64,000 bases of DNA from Haliotis rubra (taxonomy: Eukaryota): positions 930,001 to 994,000 of the forward strand of contig NW_025767546.1 in NCBI RefSeq assembly GCF_003918875.1. The letters run 5' to 3'. Positions 25,801 to 38,100 of this stretch are shown here, piece after piece. The notes beneath the pieces are model-generated. The model did no database searches and was not told the origin of the DNA. It saw nothing but the letters and a program-made list of their open reading frames with translations. The position numbers and the translations under genes are program-made. How positions within the stretch are numbered: position 1 is the first letter of the stretch; each line of letters begins with the position of its first letter.

Positions 25801-28800
25801 TTTACATTTATGCTAATAATACAGGTGGTGTAAAAATATGGATTAACAAATAAATGTTGAATGTTGGTGTTACTTTACTTAATTATCGTTTCTTTATTGA
25901 AGAAATGTTAATATAAAGCATAACCGGGACGTAAAACCATCCTTGACAACTTTGACAAGGGAGTACTTAGACGGGCGGTCTACAAACTTTATGAGAAGAA
26001 GAATATATATATTCTAAAGAAGCTACACCAGTGACTTCGTTAAATCTTTGGCCAATGTTCACAACTAGATTAAACTGACCGAATTACATCCATATTTTTG
26101 CAATGAAATATACTGTTGACATGCAAAACATTTATTAAAACATTGCACATTTCTACAATCAATCGATAAGATAACACAAGTGATAGGATTCTTTCCAATG
26201 TACAGTAATTCGTATGTTTATTTCAAAACAAACACACATACACAAATGATCCCTTACATAACCAATACTTATACTATAATGCATTACATATTCAACATTT
26301 TGAACAAAACATCTATTGAGATGACCCCTCGCCCGAGCGTGTGCTCAGCTGTCAATTTCACCTGTCGATACCGTGCATGCTGATGATGTAACACAGGCAG
26401 TTAATGTTTGTATCAAATAACGTCCCACTACCCCTTATTTTTCTAAGTTTTTGATATTTTCATCAGTAAAAACACATTTTAGGGCATGTCTCAAAATTTA
26501 TTCCCTCGGTCTACATTAGGTAGATGTTTCTTAAAGTGATATTTGTTATTTAAGTAACTGTAATATCTCTGAATTTTAAATATAAGTCAAAAAGCATTTT
26601 TCTTGCATTTCCGTAAGTACTTTAAGTGTCTCCACTTCTGCAAGTACCTGCTGTGCTGACGATGATGTCATGCTTGTAGAGAGGTGTGTTGTCTGTAGGC
26701 AGTATGTTCCCACACAGCGTGGCTATCTTCAGCTGGCGTTCCTGCACCTCTCCATCAACTGTCAGGCTGGAAGTAACATAGTATTCTACAATGAATTATG
26801 GACATACTCCATTCTGATTGGTCAGTCAGAGGTTTCAAATGACAACAACCGCCTCTGATTGACATAACTGATGTGCTGACCACTAGTAGAAAAGTACATC
26901 ATTTCTCAGTGATTGTCAGGGGGGCAGTTCTAAACCACTATATGGACAACTGTAGATAACATACATGGTATATGGCAATACATTTTGTGAAGAGAACATG
27001 GCAGAGATCAATTAAGAGTTTGTAGTTCAAGTTTGAGGGACATCAGACTGTGAGAGCTTTGGACCTTTTCTCAAGCTATCATTCTTTCTGTATCACGATG
27101 AGAGGTGTGACTTTATAATGGTGATACGCAGCAGAGAAACAACCTTGCATCGCTTGATTACTGTTCTCTATGGTTGCTCACTTCATGACGGCTTACAAAG
27201 TAGGTGTGCTACACACTTTCTATGTCTTCTATTTACGGATGTGTTTTGTAAAATGATACAATATGTGTAAAATAATCATGTTTAGGCACATAAAGCACCA
27301 TTATTTGTTTAAAGGCTTTTATAATTATCCAAGTTTCCTCAAAAATCAAATTCATTCTGTAGATACTTTTAACGTAATTTTAATGAATATTTAAAGTTTT
27401 AATAACATTTTCTGATCTAATTTTATGTCGAGAAGAACAAGACTGTATTTTTAAGCAGCCATAGTTACTAGCAAACTAACAGGCATCAATAATTATGTAT
27501 TTAGTTTAGTATTCTGTAATATTGATTACTGCCTTCTTTTGCAACATCATTTTCTGTAGATTTTAAAGTTCAAATACAGACAATGAGCAGCTGAGATAAC
27601 AGGGCCTAAAGATGTTTCACAGAGCTGTGGCTTTGGACTAGTGGTACATAACAAACACTGATATATGCTAACAAAGTCTCTGGCATTGAATTGCTGGTAG
27701 ACTACCACAGTTTGGGTTTATTTAACGTTTCAGGGTACTTTCTGACCCTTATCATGACTTTAGCACTTATAGGCATATATCACCTCTGTTTCTGTTTCTG
27801 GGGAAGTAATCAGTAACAGATGTGCTTACATGGCAATTCTCATGATCATATGACCATGGACAAGCTAAAGGACAAACTGGCTACTGTAAACACTCATGTC
27901 AAATAAATGGTGATGGAACTGAATTGAACTATATTTACACTCAGGTCGTGATCAGCAGTTACAACAGTTACATACATCCTAAACTTCAGGTCTACAATAT
28001 GTATCAACAACTTGACCAAGCAGTGAGTACACATACTAATGTACAACATTCCACTGAGAAACATGGTATTCAAGGTAGACAGTAACATAAAACATTTACA
28101 CATCGTAGCTAAATTTTACTATTAGAAAGTAAATTCATATTAGGCCAGACCAATTTTATTTCTTGTTTTACGAATCTGCCTGTCGTAATTTTTCAAAAAT
28201 AAGAAAAAAAAATTAAAAATGAATTTTGCCTGCTCAAAAAATATAATTCAAATGTTTTTATTGATCAAAAATGTAAACTCACATAAAAAAAATTGTTTTG
28301 TTTTTTGGCCCATATGCACTTCATAAATTGCCAAAAGTAAAATATTTCTGGTACTTCAAAGGAATATTACTTTGACTGGTGATTTTTTTCATTTTTTTAA
28401 AATTTCCTCCTGCCTTTATGTTTTCTGACGACAAAAATCCGTAAAAGAAGAAATAAAAAATGGTCTTGCCTTAAAGACAAATTTATTGTCAAGTGTATCA
28501 TGGTGCCAGTTCAATAAGTATGCAAAGTCAACATTCCCCAACTATCATGTGGTTACTGACACAACAGCCAAGTGCAGACAGGTTGCGGCCTCTCTAGCTG
28601 AACCTCCTTGTGTCTACTACATAATGGAGGCCATTTTGTATGGGTAGTGTGTCTTGTCTCACACCACAGTGATAGGTAAACCAGCAATCTTGCAGACCTG
28701 AAAGTTGACAGTAAATACTGAGGCTGTAATGAAAAACTGGCTTATCTGAAGCGGAGCTAAGTGTCAGGACACAGGTGACTTTTGTGACAATACACAGTCA

Positions 28801-31800
28801 TGGACAGAAAACTACCTACCGCTTGTACATCCGATCCCCAAGCTCATTGAAGATGTACTTTGACTGCTGCAGCACCAACAACACCTTGTCCACCAGGAAC
28901 AAGACTGGGCGCAGAGGGTTCTGATTCAGCATACAACTTAGCGTCATCACCGACACCAGCGTCTTCCCAGTACCTGCAGCAGCAGCAAACATGTCACATT
29001 GCTGCATCACATCCATCAGTATCCAGTCACACAGATCTGAGTTACCATAAATATCCTGGACCAAGTTGCCACCAACCTTTAGTTTGAAGCTATTTCACTA
29101 GGCATTACACTAAAAATGACACAGTTATCACCAAACTGAAACAAGTTGCAATATCACCAATACAATCAAATCACGATGAGCCGAATCACTGGGGACCAAG
29201 TAATATATTCGACTTATCGATGTATTCGAGACATAGGTATGTCTATGAGGGTAGAAAAAAAAGATGATCCAGTCCTAATTCCTCCGCCTAAGCATTTGTT
29301 TATCTAATGATTTTACCCAATCCACAAATAAATCAGACGTCATCCAGGCTGACTTGTTGTGACAGTATGAAGTCAGCAGAGATTTGACGTTCTTAAAACA
29401 ACGTGGCTTAGCAGATTTCCCTATCACTAATAGGGGCACCTTATCAGTTCCAGTCTGATTAGCACAGACATTGATTTCCGTAAAATCACTAATCTGCCTT
29501 TTGAACTCACCCGTCAATGGTGGAAAGGTGTGAGCCGCGCTGGTTTGTTAATTGGATCAGTTAGCTACACCAATTAACTTCTCATTGACTGACTTCGGCT
29601 TATGTATACAAGATTGCTGTTGTTTGAATCTCATGGGACCAAATTTCCTTCTCGAGTCATCGTGTGTATTTATGAGACGACTTCATGTAACCGGAAATAA
29701 AATGATGACAGCTATAACAGGGAATGGTCGGGACCGACCGGTACTTCGAGTTATGCATAATATTCGAGACACCGGCATTCGACTCATCAGGATTTGACTG
29801 TACTTGAATTGCCCAATACACTTGGAAAATTTCTCCCCTATGTCTGTTAATGTTCAGATAAACATCTTTCTAAGCCAGAATTCTCTTTTGATAAGTAAAC
29901 TAATTTTATCTCAAATATAGTGAGAGCTCATTAAAACAAATTGACCATGTTGAATGAAAGAAAATCACTGCTAGTATATGGGAAAGTTACAAATACTGTA
30001 CTATTAAAGATAAAGGGATATAGATGGCATAGTCCCTCACTTAAGAATCTATGGTGGATATCAAGCTGCACGGTTGTGTATGTCGTAGCTTTAACTCTAC
30101 AGAAATGAGTACAATTTTTCTGACAAGAAACTGGATAACTGAAATTGAACATGCTTTTTCAGAACTAACAAAGAAAGAAAAGAGTTGATTGAGAAACACG
30201 TAGACTCACCTGTTGGCAAGAAGATGACCCTGTCACTGTCCATAGTTTTGCAAAACAGATCCACCTGGTAGCTTCGAGGTATGGTCTTAGTCAATTGATA
30301 GGCCTCTGCCTCCGCATCGTCTATACCGAGTACCCGCTTTATCTGTCCCAGGTTGAGCTGGGGAGCAGTCACCTCTGCTGCCCTCTGCCTATGAGCTCTA
30401 CTCTCTAGGTGAGCTTGGTAGTCTTTTTCTGTGTTCATCGGCCGATTACATGTGTCACAGTAATATTTGAAATAGCCACTGAAAGGGTTCTTCGGTGGCA
30501 CCTTTGGTATTGCACCTATACCAAGATGGCCACTCAGCAGTTCAAAATTAGAGGATGGAAAGATACTTGACTCTGCATCTGTTTGTAGAGACATGTTTCT
30601 TTCTTGTTTAGGAGCAGCTGAATGATTGTGATCAGTCGTAGTGGAGCCCACAGAAGCATGTGGTCCATCATTGAGAACACTGCTAGCATGTGAGTTGTAA
30701 CTGATGAAACTTTCAGCCTCACCACCAGGAATGTCAACATCTAATGTCTTGCTTCGATCAGATTCATCTTCTTCTGAATCCAGGTTCTCAAATGCCTCCA
30801 GGGTAACTTTATTTCCCCTGTGTCGAACAGTGGTCTGGTTTTTTAGAGGGTTGTAGGTATTGGTCCGCCTACTTCCAACTGATCCCTTGACGTTATCTTG
30901 GAAGTCATCAGTGTCTCCAGCAGCAGTATGTTTTGGCTGAGTGATCGCTGCTGTTTTCATCCTCAAAGGCATCACATCTGTTGTGGTAATGGCAGGGTTG
31001 ACAAGTGGGGAACCTCTGCCCATGCCAAGTTTAGCCAATGTAGTGCTTTTGGAAACAACATATGTTGAAGGAATTATTTCTGTGTTACTTCTGTAATCCT
31101 TGGAAACCTCTTCCTTTGCTGCAGCAGACATTCCTGGACTTTGTTCTCGTCCCATGCTAAGCATATTGCTGGCACTGTTTGTAGTTGATGACATCCTCAC
31201 CCTGTGTCAGTTCCACTCTTTCTGCCGGACTGTAAACCATCAGATTCAAGATGGTCCCTGTTTCCTAAAGTATCTGAACACATATTTGATGCTGGAGTGA
31301 TAGGAACAGGCTTGAAACTTGAAGTGGCTGTTTCCTTCACTTCAGTATTTGGAGTTACGCATTTGACTTTAGTGACTTCTCCTGTACGAAGAGCTTCCCA
31401 TACATCCTTGTAACCACCATGCTTGGGTTCTGTCATGTCCCTTGGACTATCTTCAACCTTACAATCTTGGCTACTGTTGTCAGTATTAGCAGATTCAGCC
31501 ACATCGACATAACGCTGCATCTTTTCCACAGTCTTAAGATGCTTGGGACTTTTCTTATGGATTGACAACTGTTCGAAAGAGTTCAGTTGGCACTGGCATA
31601 CCTCACACACATACATGTTTAGTGGGGACAGGCCTGCCAAGTTCTGATTGCCTGGTGAATCTCGCCCCAGAACTTCTGTCCTGACCTGGTCCAAGGAACT
31701 GCTGGCCAACCCTGCCTTGTTTTTATGTTTGGCAGAAGCATAATGCTGCGCAGCACTTTCTTGTCCACTGAATGACTTGAGACACACCTTACACTCTAGT

Positions 31801-34136
31801 GCCAACATTCCATTCTGGTTGACCATCTTCCTCTTTTCCTCAGCCCTTGCGTGATTCCGACCCTGAAGGTGCTGGGAAGCATGCTGTGAAGATGTGAGTT
31901 CTATGTTACAAACAAAGCATCGCCCCCTTCCACCTGTAAACACATATGCTGGCTCCACCTCCCCATCTCCAGGCTGGGCTGATGCTCCAGAATGTGCATC
32001 AACTGCATCAACCAAGTTCAATCTCTGTACAGCCTTTTCATGTGGTTTCCCTGCCAAGTGTTGACTGGCATGTGCCTGAGAGGTAAGTTCTATCTTGCAT
32101 ACATTACAGAAGCCTCTCATTCCATTGAACTCATATATCCTCTGTTCTGCTGACTCTTTTGATTCCTCCTTGATGTTTGACACTTGCCATCGTCCTAAAG
32201 CTTTAGTGTGGTTCTTGCCACTGAGATGCTGCCGTGCATGCTGGGAGGATGTTAGCTCAATGCTGCAGACATTACACCATCCTCTGTTCCCATCAAACCG
32301 ATATGGCTGACTAGGACAGGTGGACAGTTTGGCACCAGCTGTTCTCTCACTGACATCTGGGCCATTGTTGACAAAAACATTACCAGTATCTGCTGAATGT
32401 AATCCTTTTGCTTTTGCATGCTTCTTACCACTGAGGTGTTGGTTCGCATGTTCACGAGATGTTAATTCAATTTGGCAGATGTTACATCGTCCAGTGCTTC
32501 CATGAAAAGTATATTCCTGTTCTTCTGTTCTGTCTTCTTGAATTAAAGGAGTTCTTTGCATTTGTGCATTCTGTGAGACACTTGAGGAATACTGACTGTC
32601 ATTAGTGTTGAGGACATGCTGGCTGGGAATGTTAAGGTTGTGTAGATGTGTATAGCTACCGAGAATTGGAACATCTGACAAAGTTCCTCCATGAACGGAT
32701 AAGCACAGATTATGTTCAGTTTGATAACCTGCAGTCTGCGGCAAATTGCTTGTTGGTCCAGCTGAATCTGTGAGTTTGTTTGCATTTGGAAGCATAATTT
32801 GTGCTAAACTTTGAGCTTTTTGAAACTGACTCCCTTTCGGTTCTGACAGGATATTCATTGGCAGGGAAGTCTGAGTGGTAACACCTGGAGTTGCAGGGGG
32901 GCTATTTACCAAGGTCATTTTCTGGGAAAGCTGTGGTTTCTCCTGCTCTTGAAGAGTGAAATTCGTTGTGGGCAGCTGTGACCTCTTCTTGTGTCGATCA
33001 CTCTCAAAGTGCTGATGGGCACTCTCAGGGCCAGAGAATACAACATTACACAAGTCACATTTCAGCACCTCAGTGGAAGGTTGTCCTGATTTCCATAGGT
33101 TCTCTGCTTTCTTATGTCGCGATCCATCAAGATGTTGCTGGGCATTTTGTGGAGATGTAAAATCCACATTACAGACATTGCAGTAACCCTGCTTTCCATC
33201 AAAAGTATAAGGGACTTTGTCTCCATTAAGCTGGTCATTACCATCACCAGTAGTATTGTTCTTTGTATCAGATACAGAAATGTTTCCAACTGGAGTAGAA
33301 CTAGGTGTCAATAATGGTGGCATGTTTTGACGTGGTCTAGTTTCAGGCATGGAACTACTGTTCCTGTAGACTGGAACATCAGCAAACAGTCCAGTAACTT
33401 GGTCTGAAGAGGGCACGTCTAATCTTGTAGTGCCACTATTAGGCTGTGACATGTTTGTCAAGCCATACTGGGGAGAACTATTGTTGGAGACATTTCCCTG
33501 TCCCTCTAATTCTCTCTTCTTCTTTAAGTGCTTGGCACTTGCAAGATGTTCCTGAGCATTGCCAATACTAGAAAATGGTACATTGCAAATCTGACACTTC
33601 AATACATCGCTGGTATCCTCTCCCGCTTCCATCTGTTTCAGTTTCTTCTGATGTTTGGATCCACTGAGATGTTGCCGAGCATGTTGTAGAGATGTCAAGT
33701 CAATGTCACAGAGATGGCAGTAGCCTTTAGAACCATTAAAGTCATATTCCTTTCTCCCTGTTTCATTGGACAGGTTGAAAGGCAATGTCTGGTTGAGCCC
33801 TTGTGGGAGATCGTTACCTGCTTGTTGTATGTTCCCAGGAAGGAGAGGGCTTTGAACTGCTGTTGCAGCTTGGTATGTGAAACCTAAACTTCTCCTTACA
33901 GTCTCAACGTGTCTTGGGCTGACAATGTGTTGTTGAAACTGTTCAGCTGCATTACACTGGACACTGCATGGGTCACACCAGTATGTCCTTGTGTTTCCAT
34001 TAAACACAGAATTTTTAATCTGGTCTTCCTTTCTCAAGTGAGCTTCACTGATAAAATGTTGTTGAGCTGGTAAAGCACCAGTAAATTGCTTCTTACAGAT
34101 GTCACAGTAAAGTGGAACACGCTGTTGGCTGTTCAT
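22889..34136 (-). CDS. Multi-zinc-finger (13x matrin/JAZ-type C2H2) RIG-I/Dicer-family DExD/H helicase, ~1836 aa
   Basis: Exons 34136-30210 (one G apparently missing at 31200-31202), 28973-28820, 26766-26648 and 24198-22889; intron phases 1, 2 and 1 are all consistent. Thirteen C-x2-C-x12-H-x5-H fingers. Helicase motifs: Q (PRSYQ), I (LPTGTGKT, across a splice junction), Ia (FLVDKVLLVLQQ), Ib (IIVSTA), II (FDEAHH), III (GLTASP), V (ATSVAEEGVDIPEC) and VI (QMRGRAR). A minus-strand AATAAA lies at ~22513. Confidence 0.85.
24215..25305. repeat. 27/23-bp minisatellite abutting the acceptor of the last helicase exon
   Basis: Units ACAGTTAGGCTACAACACAGATATGTC (27 bp) and ACAGGCTACAACACAGATATGTC (23 bp). 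Confidence 0.95.
25573..26621. mobile_element. Non-autonomous DNA transposon (Kolobok/piggyBac-like target)
   Basis: TIR AGTACTGTCGGAAATGCTAGAAAAATGCTTTTT vs AAAAAGCATTTTTCTTGCATTTCCGTAAGTACT, flanked by CTAA/TTAA. Confidence 0.65.
28140..28473. mobile_element. AT-rich MITE
   Basis: TAGGCCAGACCAATTTTATTTCTTGTTTTACG is mirrored by CGTAAAAGAAGAAATAAAAAATGGTCTTGCCTTA. Confidence 0.65.
29163..29800 (-). mobile_element. Internally deleted pogo/Tigger (Tc1-mariner superfamily) transposon
   Basis: TA-flanked TIRs CAATCAAATCACGATGAGCCGAAT / ATTCGACTCATCAGGATTTGACTG. DDE fragment CANQTGTDKVPLLVIGKSAKPRCFKNV...NKSAWMTSDLF at 29275-29470. Confidence 0.88.
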
Positions 34137-34291
34137 ATCTCCTAGGTACAGACAGCTGAATTATTATTCCAGTTGAGTACTGTCTCAAGTGTAAATCCTG
34201 ATAGATAGTATTATCCCTTGGGTATACAGTCCTTTGGTAGAATGAATATATCCCACACAAAATATATTCGCTTTGTGAAGCACACGGCAAT

Positions 34292-34524
34292 TTCCAGGAA
34301 ATTACATTTCTAATTTTAGCATCACTGGGAATACCAACTTTCTTTCTCTCGTCGTACGTGTCAAGCAATATTATATGCTTGGTGTTTGTTCAGGTGATAA
34401 TAGTCACTACGCGACTTGTGTGCAAGTTATGTTATTTCTGACAACACGAAAAACACAATCGGAAACTTGAAAAGGGGATTCCCCTCGGAAGACAGCGTCG
34501 CGATAAAATCAACTGATCACGTGA
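34292..34524. promoter_or_regulatory. Cluster of immune-type motifs upstream of the ZF-helicase
   Basis: GAS TTCCAGGAA at 34292-34300; kB-like GGGAATACC at 34327-34335; IRF-like GAAACTTGAAA at 34462-34472; canonical kB GGGGATTCCCC at 34474-34484; E-box TCACGTGA at 34517-34524. These are motif matches only. Confidence 0.5.
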
Positions 34525-35117
34525 CCGTGTCAGGCCCACCCATACGAACTCTCCATGGGTTAAAGTCTTATAAATCTTTGATGTTACTTCGTCATGACAT
34601 AAGGACCAACATGCACGGCATAAGCATTATTTATATCATTATACTGTATAATTTATTGCATAAAACGTATGACTATTTTAGCTGTTGCGGAGTGCCTCGA
34701 TACTGTCTGCAAAGGCCCGCGAAGGACGAATCTGACTTAGTGTATTTAGCTGTGTACACTTCGAACGATGAAACACAGTCGATTAAAATTATTAGGTGCA
34801 TTTGTCATGACTGTAGGTTATCTACAAGATACTTCTTTAGTATCACACTATGTTTGATTCCAAAAACGTTTAAAAATACTTACACAAATGGTTACCTCCC
34901 TTGAAAAATACTGACATTAGAGCTATATTTTCGAATAATCGGACTGTTTCTAACACGAGAACAGTTTGTAAAGTTATGGATGAAAAGATCCGAGTTTTCA
35001 TTATAATAACTTTTTACGAGTGTCACTAGATTGTTTGTTTCATAAAAAGGTCAAACAATTTACAGTTTTCGATAACTTTGTATGAATGCGAAAAGATTTC
35101 AAAATAGCTTTACCTCT

Positions 35118-35131
35118 GTTATTTTAGCAAC
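35118..35131 (+). promoter_or_regulatory. RFX X-box-like motif
   Basis: GTTATTTTAGCAAC ends 7 bp before the LRRC72 ATG. X-boxes are typical of ciliary genes. Confidence 0.45.
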
Positions 35132-35138
35132 CAAAAAC

Positions 35139-38100
35139 ATGGCCGACAGTGAGAAGGTGAGAGTTGTGCATAACGTGTTAAATACCGATATTTAGCTGGA
35201 AACAATTACATTTTGACATTTCACTTATGGGCGATTTATTGCAAGTTTTTTGTATCATACCCAAATATGTCAGCAATAAGTGAGTCTATTATTATCATCC
35301 ATAAATAATAAATACTAAAATAGATAGAAACGAATGAAATAGTTATGAAACAAAATCACACCTAAGTGGGTTTTGTAAAGAGTCAAATGTGCCAGCATAT
35401 TTTACCTGGCTTATACAAATGTGTGCGTTTCTTCTGTCCTACTGTAGTTATCAAATATGTCAGCAATAAGTGAGTCTATTATTATCATCCATAAATAATA
35501 AATACTAAAATAGATAGAAACGAATGAAATAGTTATGAAACAAAGTCACACCTAAGTGGGTTTTGTAAAGAGTCAAATGTGCCAGCATATTTTACCTGGC
35601 TTATACAAATGTGTGCGTTTCATCTGTCCTACTGTAGTTATCCTACTAGTCTAGATAATTGAAACAATGTGATCTCATTATCCCTGCATTCAATAAATGT
35701 TTGTTTATTGATTGTTGCAAAATATATGTTGCCAACTAGATAATATACATTTTTCAAAATTTTTGCAGGTTTTGAAACAGCTCTTAAGCAATAGAAGAAT
35801 AAGGAAAGATAAAGATGTAGAAGAGCTTTACCTTTCTGACAAGTGAGATTATGTTTGTTTGTTTGTTTGTTTTACAAAATGGTACATGCACAAAGCATGT
35901 ATTTTCTCGCGGACCCCAGTTTTTTTCATTGTTTGGTATAAAGACATAAAGAGGCTCGAAAACTCTAAGACACAATACACATCTTTGCTTGACAAGTATA
36001 CTGCTGACACCATGGTCTAGCTGCACCCTTTAGGAGTTTTATGCAGGACTGATATTGATAAATAACAACAGCAAAATATATCATTAAAAATGTGATGTAA
36101 TTGATTTTGTTTTTTATTAATGTATATGAAAGTAATGTTGATCTGAAATATTATATATTTTGTTGTTGTAAATCTCTGTTAAGTCATCCTTAAGCCAGTG
36201 CAATTGGCTAAAGAAACTGATGTACATGTATATAACAAAATAGATAGGGATTATTTCTCATATTTAGTCCAGATATGTACTGTTTATGCAGTAACCATGT
36301 TAACTGGAAATGTGTTTCATAAAGATACTGTCCATGGAAATGTGTTTCATAAATATGGTGTACATGGAAATGTTTCATAAAGGAGATTCTGAGATAAAAC
36401 TTTTTATGATGTTTGTTTCAGAAGTCTAACAGAAGTATGTGATCTGCAGCGTTTTCATTATTTAAGATGTTTATGGCTCAATGGTAATAAGGTAAGCCCT
36501 TGACCACCATGACAGATATGTTCTGTAAAGACTGCGAGTTTTGGATTGCCTAGTGGTTAAAGTGTTCACTTGTCACACAAAAAATGCAGATTTAATTCTT
36601 CTCTTGGGTACTATGTGTGAAGCCTATTTCTGGTGTGCCCCTCTATGATACTACAGCAATAGGAACAGGGTGGTGTGATGTGGTAGCCCAGTGATGAAAA
36701 GTGGTGTAAATACATACACCATCTCTCCCTCATTCTGGGTTAGAAGTCCCCAGCATAACTATGCGTGTTATCAACCGGGATGAGAATTTTCCACAGGTAT
36801 GTGGAATTCCACAGATTTGATCGTGCTGGGGTCATTCTTGTATATCGTCCCCCAAGATCCCCGGAGCATTGTCCTCGTTTTTCACTCATACCCATTCTCA
36901 TCCCTGTTGTAAAAGTACTCAGACTTGATGACATGGTTCATTTCCTGTCTTTATTCCCCGAAAGTGTCAGACCTAGATTTGAATGTTGTCATACAGTGTG
37001 TCAAAGCTTAAATCATGTAAATGGCAATGGATTTGCTGGCATATCTAGTCTACAAGTATTCAGGTTTCATAGTAAAAAAAAAAATCCCCATTTTTAGTAT
37101 TTATTTTTAGAAATGGGCCTCTCAAATTGTACCTATGTGGAGAATTAAATCCGGGTCTTCGACATGACGATCGAACGCTTTAACCACTAGGCTACCCCAC
37201 CGCTCAATGCCTGTATGAAACAGTACAATCAAGTATCAGAGACTTGAAGTAAAGTCATCATTTTCAAGTCTTGATGGAAATTTAAAGGTAAAGTGATTAT
37301 AGTCTAATGACAAGCTGCTTACTTCTTACGTAAATGTAAATGGCACATTGTGTGGAATTGTTTCTAAAATTGTAAGGTTTCATATCTTGTAGAAAACACA
37401 TTTAACGGTAATTTAGATACTTGTCCACAGAAATGCTGAGAGTGATTTCCTTATTTAACTCCAGTCTACATGAAGTGTATATTTGTATGCATGGTACATA
37501 AGATTTTGATAGATGAATTAAATAATGTTTCAATGTTTTTATTTATATGTACATATATTACGTCACCAATCATTTTCTGAAGATTCCTTTGACAGCTACG
37601 GCAACTCAATTGTCTGAGTGAGAACTACCAGCTGTCCGAGCTATACCTTCACAACAATGAGCTGGTTGATATCACCGGGGCTCTCCGCCACTTGACATGT
37701 CTGCAGGTCCTCATGCTGCATAACAACCAGCTCACAAAGCTTGATCGGATCCTCACTGAGATTAACAAGATGCAGAGCTTGAAGACACTTAGTGAGTGCT
37801 AAAGTTATAAGGGCAGTTATCATCTGTGTCACAGTACAGTAACATTCCAATACTGTACTCCCAGCAGTTTAAACAATAGTGCTGCATGAGTCTCATTTAT
37901 AGTCCATTTGACTTCATTTTAGACCGATGAATTGCTCACTAGCACAAACTCTAATAACTGCAATAAAACCAACTTTTGCACAGTCACATGAAATCGACAG
38001 GCCAACTCTGATGATTTGTCTCATAATTTTGGACACCAGAATATAAAGGTTGGTTAACAAACAATCATTATTTTGTTGTCACTTTTCACTATTTCTTACG

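Noticed and set aside
28550-28697. Possible extra helicase exon after the acceptor-like site at ~28698
   Set aside because: It has no helicase similarity and runs into a stop. The exon at 26766-26648 already supplies motif Ib in the correct phase.
30340-30370. QLNLG as a RHIM-like motif, and short TRAF-like motifs in the linkers
   Set aside because: They are too short and degenerate to support without conservation data.
34416-34904. 162-aa ORF in the intergenic spacer
   Set aside because: It has a non-ATG start and no recognisable domain, and it overlaps the probable promoter.
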